From the NCBI GenBank assembly GCA_963731735.1, contig CAVSWO010000002.1, positions 270,106 to 334,105 on the forward strand: 64,000 nucleotides of DNA. The letters run 5' to 3'. Below, one piece after another: positions 35,878 to 46,280 of the stretch. The notes under the pieces were generated by a model that saw only the letters and a list, made by a program, of their open reading frames with translations, did not search any database and was not told where the DNA came from. Within the stretch, counting starts at the first letter, position 1. Every line of letters begins with the position of its first letter. The position numbers and the translations under genes were made by a program. The DNA is from Candidatus Kerfeldbacteria bacterium (GTDB lineage: Bacteria > Patescibacteriota > Patescibacteriia > SBBC01 > CAIJZX01).

Positions 35878-36843
35878 CTAGGCTTCGATCGTCTTGCGAT
35901 CTTCCATGAAGTTGGTCAGGCGCGATGTCCAGGCGCCGATCCGACTGCCCGGCTTGCCCTCCAACAAGCGACGGTAGATGATTGTCCAACAAGCGAAACT
36001 AAAGGCACTCTCAATTGCGTAGACCAGGGCCAGCGAACCAAGGATGATGAAGAGTTCGGTAAACGATCCTGGCGTTGGGATCAATAGGGTCACAATCCCG
36101 GCCACCACGATGGTGGCAGCCAAATTGATGAAGTAGATGATGATCGCCAGTTCAATACTAACCAGCCAGTTTTGGGTAAACATCCGCCAGGCTTTGCGAA
36201 GACTCTCGATAATGTTCTGGCCACCCAGCACGATAAATGCGGTGGCGTATTTTGTTAAGAAGGAAACGATGATCGTGACCGGTAGGCTGACCAGCAGCGC
36301 TCCGATGGTGAAGGTTGTTAGCCACTGCGGTTGCTTATACAAAAAGTAAGCAATGGCCGGTAAGCCCGCCAAGATAACCCACATCCCCCAAATGAAAAGT
36401 TTCGTAATAATGTTCAGTCCAACAATCCGCCAGAAGGTGTCGCCGCCCACGGACAGCCCATCAAATAATCCGGTCGGTTTGCGTTCATCCGACTTGCCAA
36501 CGATCCGAACCAACGCCCCTTGGGAAATAAAGACCAGCCAAAAAACCGCTACCATCGTCAGCAGAATAGCCGCCAGGAAGCCGAGGGCGTAGAGGAAATT
36601 GCCGGTGAAAAAATTCTTGAGTGCCTCAAGGAATTTATCGGCGCCGCCGGCCTGGACCACCTCTCGAAAAGCCGCTAAGTTGTCTTGGAGCCAGCTTGGA
36701 GAGCTGGTATTCCGAAACAAAATATCGGTTTCCCCGCCATAGGCGAATAAACCGGCAAAAAATCCGAGAAACCAAAGGTATTTTTTCCGCCAAACGATGC
36801 TGAGCGCTTGTTGGAGGACTTGGCGGCGATAGAATGAGGCCAT
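35878..36843 (-). CDS. polytopic membrane protein, hypothetical (321 aa)
   Basis: Roughly six hydrophobic segments. No motif. Confidence 0.5.
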   Translation of the reverse strand: MASFYRRQVLQQALSIVWRKKYLWFLGFFAGLFAYGGETDILFRNTSSPSWLQDNLAAFREVVQAGGADKFLEALKNFFTGNFLYALGFLAAILLTMVAVFWLVFISQGALVRIVGKSDERKPTGLFDGLSVGGDTFWRIVGLNIITKLFIWGMWVILAGLPAIAYFLYKQPQWLTTFTIGALLVSLPVTIIVSFLTKYATAFIVLGGQNIIESLRKAWRMFTQNWLVSIELAIIIYFINLAATIVVAGIVTLLIPTPGSFTELFIILGSLALVYAIESAFSFACWTIIYRRLLEGKPGSRIGAWTSRLTNFMEDRKTIEA

Positions 36844-36919
36844 AAATTTGTGTTTTGCTGCTGACAGTATACAAAAAGAACCCGAGAATGTCTATCTCGG
36901 GCGGCGATCCCAGGTACGG

Positions 36920-38770
36920 CTAAGCCTTGGCTGTCGGTTTCGGGCCCAGCAGCTCTTCGAACGCATCACGTTCGATGGTTTCCTTGCTCAGTAGCTCTTC
37001 AGACAGTTTTTCGAGCTCCGCTTTGTGCTCGTGCAGAGTCTTTTCGGCGATTTGGCGGGCGTGGGTCAATAAACGATCCATTTCCTGATCAATTGACTGA
37101 GCAATTTTTTCCGAGTAATCGCGCTGTTCATGAATCTCCCGGCCCAAGAATACCATTTCCTCTCGTTCACCAAACGTCCGCGGTCCAAGTTTACTCATGC
37201 CATAGCGGGTTACGATTTGGCGGGCCAAACGCGTGGCGTTTTGCAGGTCGCTGGAGGCGCCGGTTGAAACTTCATGGAAAATCATGTCTTCAGCTACTTG
37301 TCCGGCCAGCATAACCGCCATGTCGCTCATGAATTCACTCAGCCGCCGGTAGCTGCGATCCTGGGTTGGGGTTTTCAGGGTAAATCCTCCGGCCCGACCG
37401 CGGGCGATAATCGAAACTTTTTGGACCGGATCTGTATCGGGGAGGAAATGCGCCACGATCGCATGGCCGCCTTCGTGGTAAGCGGTAATCCGTTTTTCCT
37501 CATCCGACATCACCTTGCTCTTGCGTTCCGGTCCCAGCAGAACTTTTTCCATGGCATTCACGCAATCTACGAACGTGACCGCGGTCCGACGATCGCGAGC
37601 GGTAATGATCGCCGCCTCATTCAACATATTTTCCAGGTCCGCCCCGGAGAACCCGGCTGTCCGTTCGGCCAGCTGCCGAATATTGACGCTCTGCTCGAGG
37701 GGTTTCTTAACGGCGTGCACTTTCAGGATTGCCTCACGTTCATTGATGTCCGGCAGGTCGATCGTGACGCGGCGGTCAAACCGTCCCGGCCGCAACAGCG
37801 CTGGATCAAGCGTATCGGGGCGGTTGGTGGCGGCAATCACAATCACATGCGTGTCCGTGTCAAAGCCGTCCATTTCAACCAATATCTGGTTAAGGGTCTG
37901 TTCGCGTTCATCGTGGCCCCCGCCAAGTCCGGCACCGCGTTGACGACCGACCGCGTCGATTTCATCGATAAAGACAATGCTGGGCGCGGTTTTCTTGGCA
38001 CGACGGAAGAGGTCGCGCACGCGCGAAGCTCCGACGCCGACGAACATTTCCACGAATTCCGAACCAGAAATATTATAAAAAGGTACATCCGCTTCTCCGG
38101 CCACCGCTTTAGCCAGTAATGTTTTTCCGGTTCCAGGCGGCCCAACCAGTAAAGCGCCCTTGGGAATTCGCGCGCCTAAATCAGTGAAACGTTTCGGGGC
38201 CTTCAAAAATTCCACAATTTCTTGCAGCTCTTCTTTCGCCTCATGCGCGCCAGCCACGTTTTTAAAGGTAACGCGTTTTTTCTTGCTCGGCGTATCCGCT
38301 TCGCGTTGTGAGACTTGTCCAAAACTCATAGCCCGGCTGTTCTGTCCCTGAACTTGGCGGAAGGTCAGCCAAATAAATCCGCCGATAATTAAAATCGGCA
38401 GTAAAATCGGCAGCACCGTATTGAACAGAAACACCGAGCCTGAATTGTCTTTGACCGATCCAGTGACCGCGATCAGCGCTTCCGGCGAAACACCGAGATT
38501 GGTGGCGGCGGTTGTCCAATCAACCGTCGGTTCTTTGCGAGACTCTTGCTTGGTTCCATCTTTGAGCGTCACATTCAATTGGTCGCCGTTAATATCAACG
38601 ACTTTGACTTTCTCGTCCTGAATTTCCTGAACGACTTGTCCGAGCGTCACCACGTCCGGTTTTGATCCGGACAAACTGACCGTGCTCAAAACAAAGCTTA
38701 AGACCACCAGGGAGACCAGGAAGATAATAATATTCTTAAACAGGGGGTTCGTGCGCGGTGATCGAGGCAT
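36920..38770 (-). CDS. ftsH: ATP-dependent zinc metalloprotease FtsH
   Basis: Walker [12 protein letters not shown] and the Zn-binding HEGGHA. The start is at MPRSPRT, directly downstream of the promoter. Confidence 0.9.
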   Translation of the reverse strand: MPRSPRTNPLFKNIIIFLVSLVVLSFVLSTVSLSGSKPDVVTLGQVVQEIQDEKVKVVDINGDQLNVTLKDGTKQESRKEPTVDWTTAATNLGVSPEALIAVTGSVKDNSGSVFLFNTVLPILLPILIIGGFIWLTFRQVQGQNSRAMSFGQVSQREADTPSKKKRVTFKNVAGAHEAKEELQEIVEFLKAPKRFTDLGARIPKGALLVGPPGTGKTLLAKAVAGEADVPFYNISGSEFVEMFVGVGASRVRDLFRRAKKTAPSIVFIDEIDAVGRQRGAGLGGGHDEREQTLNQILVEMDGFDTDTHVIVIAATNRPDTLDPALLRPGRFDRRVTIDLPDINEREAILKVHAVKKPLEQSVNIRQLAERTAGFSGADLENMLNEAAIITARDRRTAVTFVDCVNAMEKVLLGPERKSKVMSDEEKRITAYHEGGHAIVAHFLPDTDPVQKVSIIARGRAGGFTLKTPTQDRSYRRLSEFMSDMAVMLAGQVAEDMIFHEVSTGASSDLQNATRLARQIVTRYGMSKLGPRTFGEREEMVFLGREIHEQRDYSEKIAQSIDQEMDRLLTHARQIAEKTLHEHKAELEKLSEELLSKETIERDAFEELLGPKPTAKA

Positions 38771-38783
38771 AGAGAACAGGCGG

Positions 38784-38812
38784 AGTATAGCGATGAATGG
38801 CCCTTTTGACAA
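38784..38812 (-). promoter_or_regulatory. sigma70-like promoter TTGTCA-17-TATACT for ftsH
   Basis: On the minus strand. The -10 lies 13 nt upstream of the ATG at 38770. Confidence 0.5.
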
Positions 38813-38866
38813 GCCCCGGCGGACCAGTCTACACTATCGGCAACCCATTTCGAAAGGAGGATCGAA

Positions 38867-39553
38867 TTGGACTTTACGCACCTCCCAATTCTGAACTCAG
38901 CCGAGGAAATATCTTCGGTCCTGGGGCTGTGCCTGGACGCGGTGCTCCGAGCCAGAGTTGATCTCCAATTTGAGGATCGGCAGGATACCGCCGAAAATTT
39001 CGCCAATCTGGTTTTGGCGGATGCCCTGGCCACCGGTTTCCATTCGGCCGGTTCGCACCAGAGTGTGGCGCTCGATCCGTCGCGTGAGCGGGATGCTTTG
39101 CTGCATTTCGAACCTCCGCTTGCCCGTTTTCGAACGGGTATCCGGATTGGCACGCGCTGTCTCTTCGTACTGAGTCAGCAGGATCGGCCACCGGCTGGAA
39201 CCTCGGGCCAGTTGTTGGCGCTGGGTAGCAGCGCCTTTCGAGCCGCGGCGGCGAATGTGCCAACCGCGGAAGAAACCTTGGTGCAAACCTACAACCGGCT
39301 CTGCCGATTGTTTCCTGCGTACGTCAGGGTGACAGCGCACGCTGGAATGAATCTCGGATTTCACGACCTGCCGAAACGACTCCTCCAGCCCACTGAACCG
39401 GTGGGCACTATCGACGACTTTCTGGAGGCACTGGCAGCCTATACGCGATCGCTGGACCATCCAGACTGGACCAGACTGCAACAGATAGTTGTCCAGCGCC
39501 GATCCATCGATCCGCACTTCCATTTCGAACTCCCGCCGGAACCTACCCACTAG
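38867..39553 (+). CDS. hypothetical protein (228 aa, TTG start)
   Basis: AAGGAGG RBS 7 nt upstream of the TTG. It was preferred over the antisense ORF 38897-39550. Confidence 0.4.
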   Translation: MDFTHLPILNSAEEISSVLGLCLDAVLRARVDLQFEDRQDTAENFANLVLADALATGFHSAGSHQSVALDPSRERDALLHFEPPLARFRTGIRIGTRCLFVLSQQDRPPAGTSGQLLALGSSAFRAAAANVPTAEETLVQTYNRLCRLFPAYVRVTAHAGMNLGFHDLPKRLLQPTEPVGTIDDFLEALAAYTRSLDHPDWTRLQQIVVQRRSIDPHFHFELPPEPTH

Positions 39554-39615
39554 GCCGGCGGTTTTTCTTGCGTCAACCGTTTTCGAGGGGGGATTTGTGC
39601 GTAAAGGTGTGGATT

Positions 39616-39637
39616 GGTATAATCCCCCCTGGGGGGA
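39616..39637 (+). promoter_or_regulatory. extended -10 (TGGTATAAT) overlapping the perfect C6/G6 palindrome TCCCCCCTGGGGGGA; further C-tract repeats downstream to 39680
   Basis: The perfect 15-bp inverted repeat lies immediately after the -10. It is consistent with a CsoR-family operator. More C4-5 tracts sit in the 80-nt leader. Confidence 0.55.
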
Positions 39638-39702
39638 GTAGGATATCCCCAGGAGTTATCCCCGAATACCCCGACCCCCATTTGTGCATAGCTCAAAAAC
39701 GT

Positions 39703-39978
39703 ATGAAAAACCTCCAAGATTCAAGGAAATCGGCCGGTCATCGGTTGGCCATCGTTGAGGGGCATCTGAAGAAAGTCCGGCGGATGGTGGATGAAGGCGG
39801 ATACTGTATCGAAATTATTCACCAATCCCGAGCCATCCAGCAAGCGCTCAAGAAATTTGACGAACATATTCTTCATCAGCATTTGCGAACCTGCGTCCGC
39901 CGTGATATGCAGGATAGCCGAGGCACAAGCTCAGAAAAAACAATTCAAGAATTAATGGAAATATTTGAACGCCTATGA
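39703..39978 (+). CDS. csoR: CsoR-type Cu(I)-sensing transcriptional repressor (C-H-C ligand set)
   Basis: YCIEIIHQ (Cys) plus HQHLRTCV (His and Cys) gives the CsoR x-C-H-C fingerprint. The start is at MKNLQD. Confidence 0.75.
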   Translation: MKNLQDSRKSAGHRLAIVEGHLKKVRRMVDEGGYCIEIIHQSRAIQQALKKFDEHILHQHLRTCVRRDMQDSRGTSSEKTIQELMEIFERL

Positions 39979-40970
39979 CGATGCGCATTGCCGGAGTCGA
40001 ACTCGAGGCCTGGGAGCAGGAAAAATTGAAGGACGTGTTTAGCGGTGGCATCTACTCCGATCGCCACTTGGCGGAAGCCGGGGACCTGGGTGATCCGGAA
40101 ATTCTGCTGACTTTCATTAATAGTCCGATTGATGCCAAGGCGTTACAGCATTTTCCTTCACTCAAACATATCGCCACCCTATCGACCGGTTATGATCATA
40201 TTGATTTGGCAGCCTGTCGAGAGCGCGGCATCGTCGTCAGCAACGTCCCGAGCTATGGTGAGAACACGGTGGCCGAGCAGGCTTTCGCCTTACTCTTGGC
40301 GCTCACTCGGAAAATTGTTCCGAGTGTCGAGCGGACGCGAGCCGGCAGCTTTCATTTGGATGAATTGCGCGGCACGGATTTGGCCGGCAAAACATTTGGC
40401 GTCATCGGTAGCGGTCGGATCGGGCAGCATGTTATGAAAATTGCCAAGGGGTTCGGGATGCGGGTCTTGGCCTTTGACATTCATCCCCGACCGGAGTTGG
40501 CTGCGCAACTCGATTTCACCTATCTAGAACTTGATGAACTTTTGCGGCAAAGTCAGGTGGTTAGTCTGCACGCACCGGCCACACCGGAAACCCACCACCT
40601 GATCGACGAGCGCCGCCTACGCTTGATGCCGCCGGAGGCCTACCTGATCAACACCGCCCGCGGAACATTAATCGACACCCAGGCCTTGTTACAAGTTTTG
40701 AATGACGGGCACCTGGCCGGAGTCGGCTTGGATGTCTTGGAAGAAGAGTGCTCGATTCGAGAGGAACGGGAATTATTGTCACCGGTCTTTCAAGCCAAGT
40801 GTGATCTCAAAACACTCCTGGCTGATCATGTCTTGCTGGGTCATCCGCGGGTACTGATCACGCCGCACAATGCCTTTAACACGGTTGAGGCGCTCCAGCG
40901 AATTCTCGAGACAACCATCAAAAATGTCCAAGCCTTCCAAGCCGGCCAACCGCAGAACGTGGTAACCTAG
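39975..40970 (+). CDS. D-isomer-specific 2-hydroxyacid dehydrogenase family protein
   Basis: NAD-binding GVIGSGRIGQHV, a catalytic Arg-Glu-His pattern and about 330 aa. Confidence 0.8.
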   Translation: MTMRIAGVELEAWEQEKLKDVFSGGIYSDRHLAEAGDLGDPEILLTFINSPIDAKALQHFPSLKHIATLSTGYDHIDLAACRERGIVVSNVPSYGENTVAEQAFALLLALTRKIVPSVERTRAGSFHLDELRGTDLAGKTFGVIGSGRIGQHVMKIAKGFGMRVLAFDIHPRPELAAQLDFTYLELDELLRQSQVVSLHAPATPETHHLIDERRLRLMPPEAYLINTARGTLIDTQALLQVLNDGHLAGVGLDVLEEECSIREERELLSPVFQAKCDLKTLLADHVLLGHPRVLITPHNAFNTVEALQRILETTIKNVQAFQAGQPQNVVT

Positions 40971-41013
40971 GCATGGAGGTGGATACGCAAACTATGCTAG
41001 GCTACACTCCAGT

Positions 41014-41223
41014 ATGACAACGCCCGCGCCCCAAAACGAAGCTCCGCTGGAATCCGTGACCGATCCGGTCTGCGGACGAGTACTCGAAGCCGCTCACGCC
41101 GCCCAGGTTTATGAGTTGCGCGATCAGCGATATTATTTTGACTCGGCTGAGTGCCTGCAAAAATTCATTGAAGATCCCGAAAAATATATCGAGGTTCCCG
41201 ATCAGGAACCCGATGAAGATTAA
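41014..41223 (+). CDS. YHS-domain (TRASH-like metal-binding) protein
   Basis: DPVCGRVLE...YYFDSAECLQKF matches the YHS domain pattern. Confidence 0.65.
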   Translation: MTTPAPQNEAPLESVTDPVCGRVLEAAHAAQVYELRDQRYYFDSAECLQKFIEDPEKYIEVPDQEPDED

Positions 41224-41237
41224 TTGATACTCGCCCT

Positions 41238-41987
41238 ATGGAAGAACAACCAAACCTGACCAAGCGTGAGCGCAAAGAATTGCGTCGCCAAGAAAAACTG
41301 GCCCAACGCCAGACCGGTGCCCGACAGCAGACGATGAAGCGCGTCTGGACGTGGGGCGGTACGATTCTCGGGCTCGGCTTGCTAATTTGGGGCATGGTCT
41401 ATCTGGCCCAAAGCAATTCGTCAGGTTCAACCACCGCCACCGGAAAACTCGACCCCGTCACCGCCAGTGATCACCTGCGTGATAACGCCGATGCGCCGGT
41501 CGTGATGGTTGAATATGGAGATTATCAGTGTCCGGCTTGCGGGACCTATGAAAAGGTTGTTGAGCAGCTGTCGAGTGATTTTGGCGATCAGTTAGCGGTC
41601 GTTTTCCGTAACTATCCGCTCAAAACAATTCACGCGAATGCCGAGGCGGCCGCTCGAGCGGCCGAGGCGGCTGATAAACAGGGTGCCTTCTGGGCTTACC
41701 ATGACCTGCTCTATGACCGACAAAATGATTGGTCGCAACTCCCGAACACCAAAAGCACGTTCGAGGGCTATGCCCAGGAACTCGGCCTCGATGTTGAACA
41801 GTTCAAATCGGATCTCGATAGCCAGGCGGTCAAGGATAAAATCGCGTCAGATGTTGCCAGCGGCGATCGGGTCAGTCTCTCGGGGACGCCGACATTCTTC
41901 CTGAATGGCGAGGCGATCAAGAACCCGGGTAGCCTCGAGGAATTCAGCGCCTTGATCAAGGCGAAGCTCCCGGCCACGAATTCATGA
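41238..41987 (+). CDS. DsbA-like thiol:disulfide oxidoreductase, membrane-anchored
   Basis: N-terminal TM and a thioredoxin fold with the CPAC active site (YGDYQCPACG). Confidence 0.8.
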   Translation: MEEQPNLTKRERKELRRQEKLAQRQTGARQQTMKRVWTWGGTILGLGLLIWGMVYLAQSNSSGSTTATGKLDPVTASDHLRDNADAPVVMVEYGDYQCPACGTYEKVVEQLSSDFGDQLAVVFRNYPLKTIHANAEAAARAAEAADKQGAFWAYHDLLYDRQNDWSQLPNTKSTFEGYAQELGLDVEQFKSDLDSQAVKDKIASDVASGDRVSLSGTPTFFLNGEAIKNPGSLEEFSALIKAKLPATNS

Positions 41988-42421
41988 GCCGGCTCACCCG
42001 TCTGGCATTACCGTTGCTAGTGCTGGGGGTGATTGGTTTGGCTGACGCAACTTACCTGACGGTCCAACATTACCGGCAGGCGATGGTGCCGTGCTTTGTC
42101 GGCACGGCTTGCGAAACGGTTACCACCAGTTCATATGCCACGCTTGGACCGGTGCCGCTGGCGTTGCTGGGTGCCATCTATTACCTGGTCATTACCCTCG
42201 GCACCGTCGCGACGCTCGAGGCGCGACGCTGGGATTGGTTGCACATGCTTTGGGGACTGACGATCGGGGGTTTTCTGTTTAGCCTCTACTTGCTCTACCT
42301 CCAATCCTTTGTGCTGCACGCCTATTGCATTTACTGCCTCCTTTCGGCCGGCACTTCAATTGGGTTGTTTGGGTACAGCCTTTGGGCGTATACTCACTAT
42401 CGTAAAACATTAGAAATATAA
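41984..42421 (+). CDS. vitamin K epoxide reductase (VKOR) family protein
   Basis: Four-TM protein with loop Cys pairs (C...C) and the active-site CIYC. It is translationally coupled to the DsbA-like gene. Confidence 0.75.
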   Translation: MSRLTRLALPLLVLGVIGLADATYLTVQHYRQAMVPCFVGTACETVTTSSYATLGPVPLALLGAIYYLVITLGTVATLEARRWDWLHMLWGLTIGGFLFSLYLLYLQSFVLHAYCIYCLLSAGTSIGLFGYSLWAYTHYRKTLEI

Positions 42422-42425
42422 ACCT

Positions 42426-42947
42426 ATGGACATCACTTCCAGTACACCCAACGAATCAATGCGCGCCCCGCACCATTGGCCGATTTTTGGCCTGGTTCGG
42501 CTCGGACTCGGCTGGACATTCTTATGGGCCTTCCTCGATAAAACTTGGGGGTTGGGCTTCGCGACTGAAGCCGGAAAGGCTTGGCTGGACGGCGCTTCAC
42601 CCACCACCGGATTTTTGAAGTTCGCAACCAGCGGGCCGTTGTCCGGATTTTACCAGGCGTTGGCCGGTCAGACGTGGGTGGATTGGCTGTATATGCTGGG
42701 CCTCCTGTTGATTGGCTTGGCCTTACTGTTCGGCATGGGACTACGAATCGCCGGATGGTCGGCCGCCCTGATGATGCTGCTATTTTGGAGCGCCGCCTTA
42801 CCGCCGGAAAATAATCCATTCCTGGACGAACATATCATCTACATATTCCTGCTGATCGGCATTGCCGTCCGACCTGCCACTTTTGCCTGGGCCAGTTGGC
42901 ATCCGGGTTGGATGAAAGTCGTCGGCCGACATCGCTGGCTCGAATAG
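42426..42947 (+). CDS. DoxX-family membrane protein
   Basis: DoxX-like four-TM pattern (RLGLGWTFLWAFLDK...). Confidence 0.6.
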   Translation: MDITSSTPNESMRAPHHWPIFGLVRLGLGWTFLWAFLDKTWGLGFATEAGKAWLDGASPTTGFLKFATSGPLSGFYQALAGQTWVDWLYMLGLLLIGLALLFGMGLRIAGWSAALMMLLFWSAALPPENNPFLDEHIIYIFLLIGIAVRPATFAWASWHPGWMKVVGRHRWLE

Positions 42948-42954
42948 TCGAGTC

Positions 42955-43572
42955 ATGTCCGAGACGGTCACGGTCGACCACCATGCATCCCGTCGGCTGC
43001 TGTTGAGTTTTGGGGCGGCACTCGCGGGAGTTGGTATCCACTACGGTGCGTTGATCATGGCCGACCGGTTCGTTGACCATTATCCCCGAGTGCCGGATGT
43101 GCTGATGGACCGGTTACCACGCGTTGATTTCGGCTGGTGGGGTGAAGCCTATTTCTTTCTGCTGATCATCGCGCTGGCAGCCATCTACTTTGGTAAGCAG
43201 CGGCGCGGGCTGAATCGCGCTTTTCTGACCCTGGCAATTTTTTACACGCTCCGGGCTGGATTCTTACTACTGCTCCCGATTGGTGCCCCGGCGGGTGCCG
43301 CCGCGCTGACTGATCGGCTCAATCTTTGGGGATTCGCCGAGCACGCCTACTTTCCCGGCGGCCATGTCGGTATTCTTTTTTTGCTGGCCTTGCAAATTAC
43401 CGATCGAACCTGGAGAAGAGTGCTATTGATCGGCGCGCTGGTGTTTGGGCTTGGGACTATTCTGGCCAAAACGCATTACACCGGGGACTTGCTCGGCGGA
43501 TGGTTATTGGCTTATGCGATCGTGGCTTGGTCGCGGCTCCATCCAGCACAGCTCGAATCTGACGTCGCTTGA
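42955..43572 (+). CDS. PAP2-superfamily membrane phosphatase-like protein
   Basis: PAP2 motifs FPGGHVG (PSGH-like) and KTHYTGD (H...D) within a six-TM frame. Confidence 0.55.
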   Translation: MSETVTVDHHASRRLLLSFGAALAGVGIHYGALIMADRFVDHYPRVPDVLMDRLPRVDFGWWGEAYFFLLIIALAAIYFGKQRRGLNRAFLTLAIFYTLRAGFLLLLPIGAPAGAAALTDRLNLWGFAEHAYFPGGHVGILFLLALQITDRTWRRVLLIGALVFGLGTILAKTHYTGDLLGGWLLAYAIVAWSRLHPAQLESDVA

Positions 43573-43639
43573 GAACGGCCTGCCGGGTTCTCTCGGTGGG
43601 GCTTTTTTAAAAAGCCCCAGCAGAAATGGCTGGGGCGCG

Positions 43640-44239
43640 TTAGGAGAGTTGTTGGAGCAGTCGGTAAACCTGATGTTCATATCGAGCACCGGCCAGCGCT
43701 CGATGTGGCCGCGGTTCCGGCTCCAATCCCAGATACTGGCCGATTTTGGAGAGCGACAAGGTCTGGATTTGACCGCCGAGAAAATTCGCTTTCAGGCGAT
43801 CGCTGGCTACCGACATCAGGCAGTGCCAGTGATAGTCTCCCCGCCAGTCCAGTTCGAACCGGTCGTAGTAGTGATTCAGCCAGTAGAATTCGAACGATAC
43901 GTTGTAGGCCCAGGGTGTACACCCGGTCGTAAAGGCGTTGAATGCCTGCAGCGCGGGGGCGACCTCCATGGCATCGCGCCAAACCGGCCAGGCAAAACCG
44001 TTGTACCGATTGAATGAAAGTTCTTGCTCGGATTTGCCGGCCGGGTTTTCGAGCTTGAGTTTCAATTCGAGCTCGTCCAAGCGGGTGAGCGATCGAGGGT
44101 CTACCTTGATCGCTCCAATCTCACAAATTTCTCCGCCGGTTGTCCAGCTGACACCGGTCGTTTCGACGTCGATGAAGACCATCGGCAATTCCCAAAAACT
44201 GCTGGTACCGATCGATCGTCGGCTACTCATCAGGCCCAT
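43640..44239 (-). CDS. DnaQ-like 3'-5' exonuclease domain protein
   Basis: Exo I motif FIDVETTG and a C-terminal HRALAGARYE (Exo III-like). Confidence 0.65.
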   Translation of the reverse strand: MGLMSSRRSIGTSSFWELPMVFIDVETTGVSWTTGGEICEIGAIKVDPRSLTRLDELELKLKLENPAGKSEQELSFNRYNGFAWPVWRDAMEVAPALQAFNAFTTGCTPWAYNVSFEFYWLNHYYDRFELDWRGDYHWHCLMSVASDRLKANFLGGQIQTLSLSKIGQYLGLEPEPRPHRALAGARYEHQVYRLLQQLS

Positions 44240-44319
44240 GGGAACGCTCCCGGGTTGGTGGAAGGTGCAAACAAAAGTGCCCGCACCTTACGGCCAGGCT
44301 CAACGGATGTCAAGCAGTA

Positions 44320-45543
44320 TTATTCGTACCGCAGCGCCTCGATCGGATCTTTGCGGGCCGCCCGAAAAGCCGGTAGTAGACCGAACAAGAGACCGACCCC
44401 GAGTGAAAAGCTGGTGGCGGTGAGAATTGAATTCCAATTGACAATAATTTCCAGGTCGGCTTTTTGTTTGACGATAATGCTGGCGATCAGCACAATCCCC
44501 ACCCCGATCGCGCCGCCAAGCAGGGAGATGATGGCCGACTCGGTCAGAAATTGGAACAAGATGCTGGCCCGGGTGGCACCCAGGGCTTTGCGTAAACCAA
44601 TTTCTTTGGTGCGTTCAGACACCGCCACCAACATGATATTCATGATCCCGATCCCGCCAACGATCAAAGAGATCGAGGCCAGCCCGACGATGGCGGTTGT
44701 GATCAAGCCTAAAATATTGTCGACGACTTTGAGTAAGTCTTCCTGCGTAAAGACCGTGAAATCTTCGACGCCGTGTTGCTGCTTCAGCAAGCCGGTTACC
44801 CTGTTTACAAAATCCTTGGTATTCACGTCCGGGTCGATTTTCATCACGATCCGGAAAATTTGGGCGTTGTCGTTGCTGGCTTTACCGGTCAGGTAGGGCA
44901 GCAGCGCCATCGAATTAAATTGGTCGCTACCGAAGGGACTGTTCGATTGTGCGTCTTCGACCACGCCAATCACCGAAAATTCATTTTTTCCGATGGTCAT
45001 GGTTTTACCGATGACCGCCGCGGCCGCCTGCCCGGGGAATAATTGGGCAGCTACTTTTTTGCCGAGTACAATGACGTTGTCATGGTTCGTGTTTTCCTCA
45101 GCCGTAAACACACGGCCGGCCGCGATTTTGACGGTCGTCAGGATAGAAAAATAATCAGGTTCCACTCCGACCAGCAACGCGCCATTGGCAATATTGTTGC
45201 CGGCGGCCGCTAACCCCGCTAAGAGCGAAACTGGCGTAATGGTTTGCACTTCCGGTTGTTGCTTGAGTAAACTGAGGTCGTCTTCCGTCAGCGTCGAGGC
45301 TCCGACCGAGGCGCTTGGGTTAAACCCGCCATTGCCGTCTTGAAGCTGCCCCGGCAACACGAAAAGCACATTAGTTCCAAGTTGTGTGACTTGATCAGAG
45401 ACGGACTTTTTAACGCCCTGGCCGAGGCCGATCAGGGCGATGATTTGCGCCACGCCAATAATCACCCCTAGCATGGTCAAAATCGATCGTGTTTTTTTCG
45501 ACCAAATCGATCGCAGGGCGTTGGTAAAGGCGTGACCAATCAT
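44320..45543 (-). CDS. ABC transporter permease (FtsX/MacB-like)
   Basis: N-terminal TM, a large periplasmic domain and a C-terminal FtsX-like four-TM region. Confidence 0.8.
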   Translation of the reverse strand: MIGHAFTNALRSIWSKKTRSILTMLGVIIGVAQIIALIGLGQGVKKSVSDQVTQLGTNVLFVLPGQLQDGNGGFNPSASVGASTLTEDDLSLLKQQPEVQTITPVSLLAGLAAAGNNIANGALLVGVEPDYFSILTTVKIAAGRVFTAEENTNHDNVIVLGKKVAAQLFPGQAAAAVIGKTMTIGKNEFSVIGVVEDAQSNSPFGSDQFNSMALLPYLTGKASNDNAQIFRIVMKIDPDVNTKDFVNRVTGLLKQQHGVEDFTVFTQEDLLKVVDNILGLITTAIVGLASISLIVGGIGIMNIMLVAVSERTKEIGLRKALGATRASILFQFLTESAIISLLGGAIGVGIVLIASIIVKQKADLEIIVNWNSILTATSFSLGVGLLFGLLPAFRAARKDPIEALRYE

Positions 45544-46223
45544 AGCAGTTTTCCGTCTTTCACATGGATGGTCCGGTGCGCCAAGCGCGCCAGCTCTTGA
45601 TTGTGGGTGACCATGACTAACGTTTTTCCCTGCTTGTTCAAATCAGTCAAAATTTGCAAAACCTCATCGCCAGACTTTGAATCAAGATTTCCGGTCGGTT
45701 CGTCAGCCAGGATGACTTTCGGGTCATTCATCAGGGCCCGAGCGATCGCCACCCGTTGACGTTCGCCGCCGGAAAGTTTCGGGACTTGGTGGTGCAGCCG
45801 GTGTTCAAGATGGACTAACTTCAGAAGTTCTTCGGCCCGCTGCTTGGCTTTGGTTTGGTGACGGAGATACGAGGCTGGGAGTGCCACGTTAGCCATCACG
45901 TCCAGATTCGGCAGCAAATTAAAATTCTGAAAAATAAATCCGATAAACTCGCTGCGTAAACGTGCCTGGGTTCGATCGGACATGTTCAACGAGACGGCTT
46001 GCCCATCGAGGGTATAAGTTCCGGTCGTCGGGCGATCAAGCAAACCAACAATATTCATCAGGGTTGATTTACCGCTTCCCGACGGACCCATAACGGCTAC
46101 AAATTCACCCGGCGCTACCGACAAACTGACATCGTCCAAGGCTCGGACGGTGGTTTCACCGAGCTGGAAAGTTTTGCTGACGTGCTGGAGATCAAGCAGA
46201 GACACAGGTTGCGAGTATAGCAA
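45540..46223 (-). CDS. ABC transporter ATP-binding protein (MacB/LolD-like)
   Basis: Walker A GPSGSGKST, signature LSGGERQRVAIARAL and Walker B ILADEPT. Confidence 0.9.
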   Translation of the reverse strand: MLYSQPVSLLDLQHVSKTFQLGETTVRALDDVSLSVAPGEFVAVMGPSGSGKSTLMNIVGLLDRPTTGTYTLDGQAVSLNMSDRTQARLRSEFIGFIFQNFNLLPNLDVMANVALPASYLRHQTKAKQRAEELLKLVHLEHRLHHQVPKLSGGERQRVAIARALMNDPKVILADEPTGNLDSKSGDEVLQILTDLNKQGKTLVMVTHNQELARLAHRTIHVKDGKLL

Positions 46224-46280
46224 AGACGGCCGCGCCCCGCCAGAGGCGGGGCGCGGCTGACCAGCAGATTCGTAAGGTCT

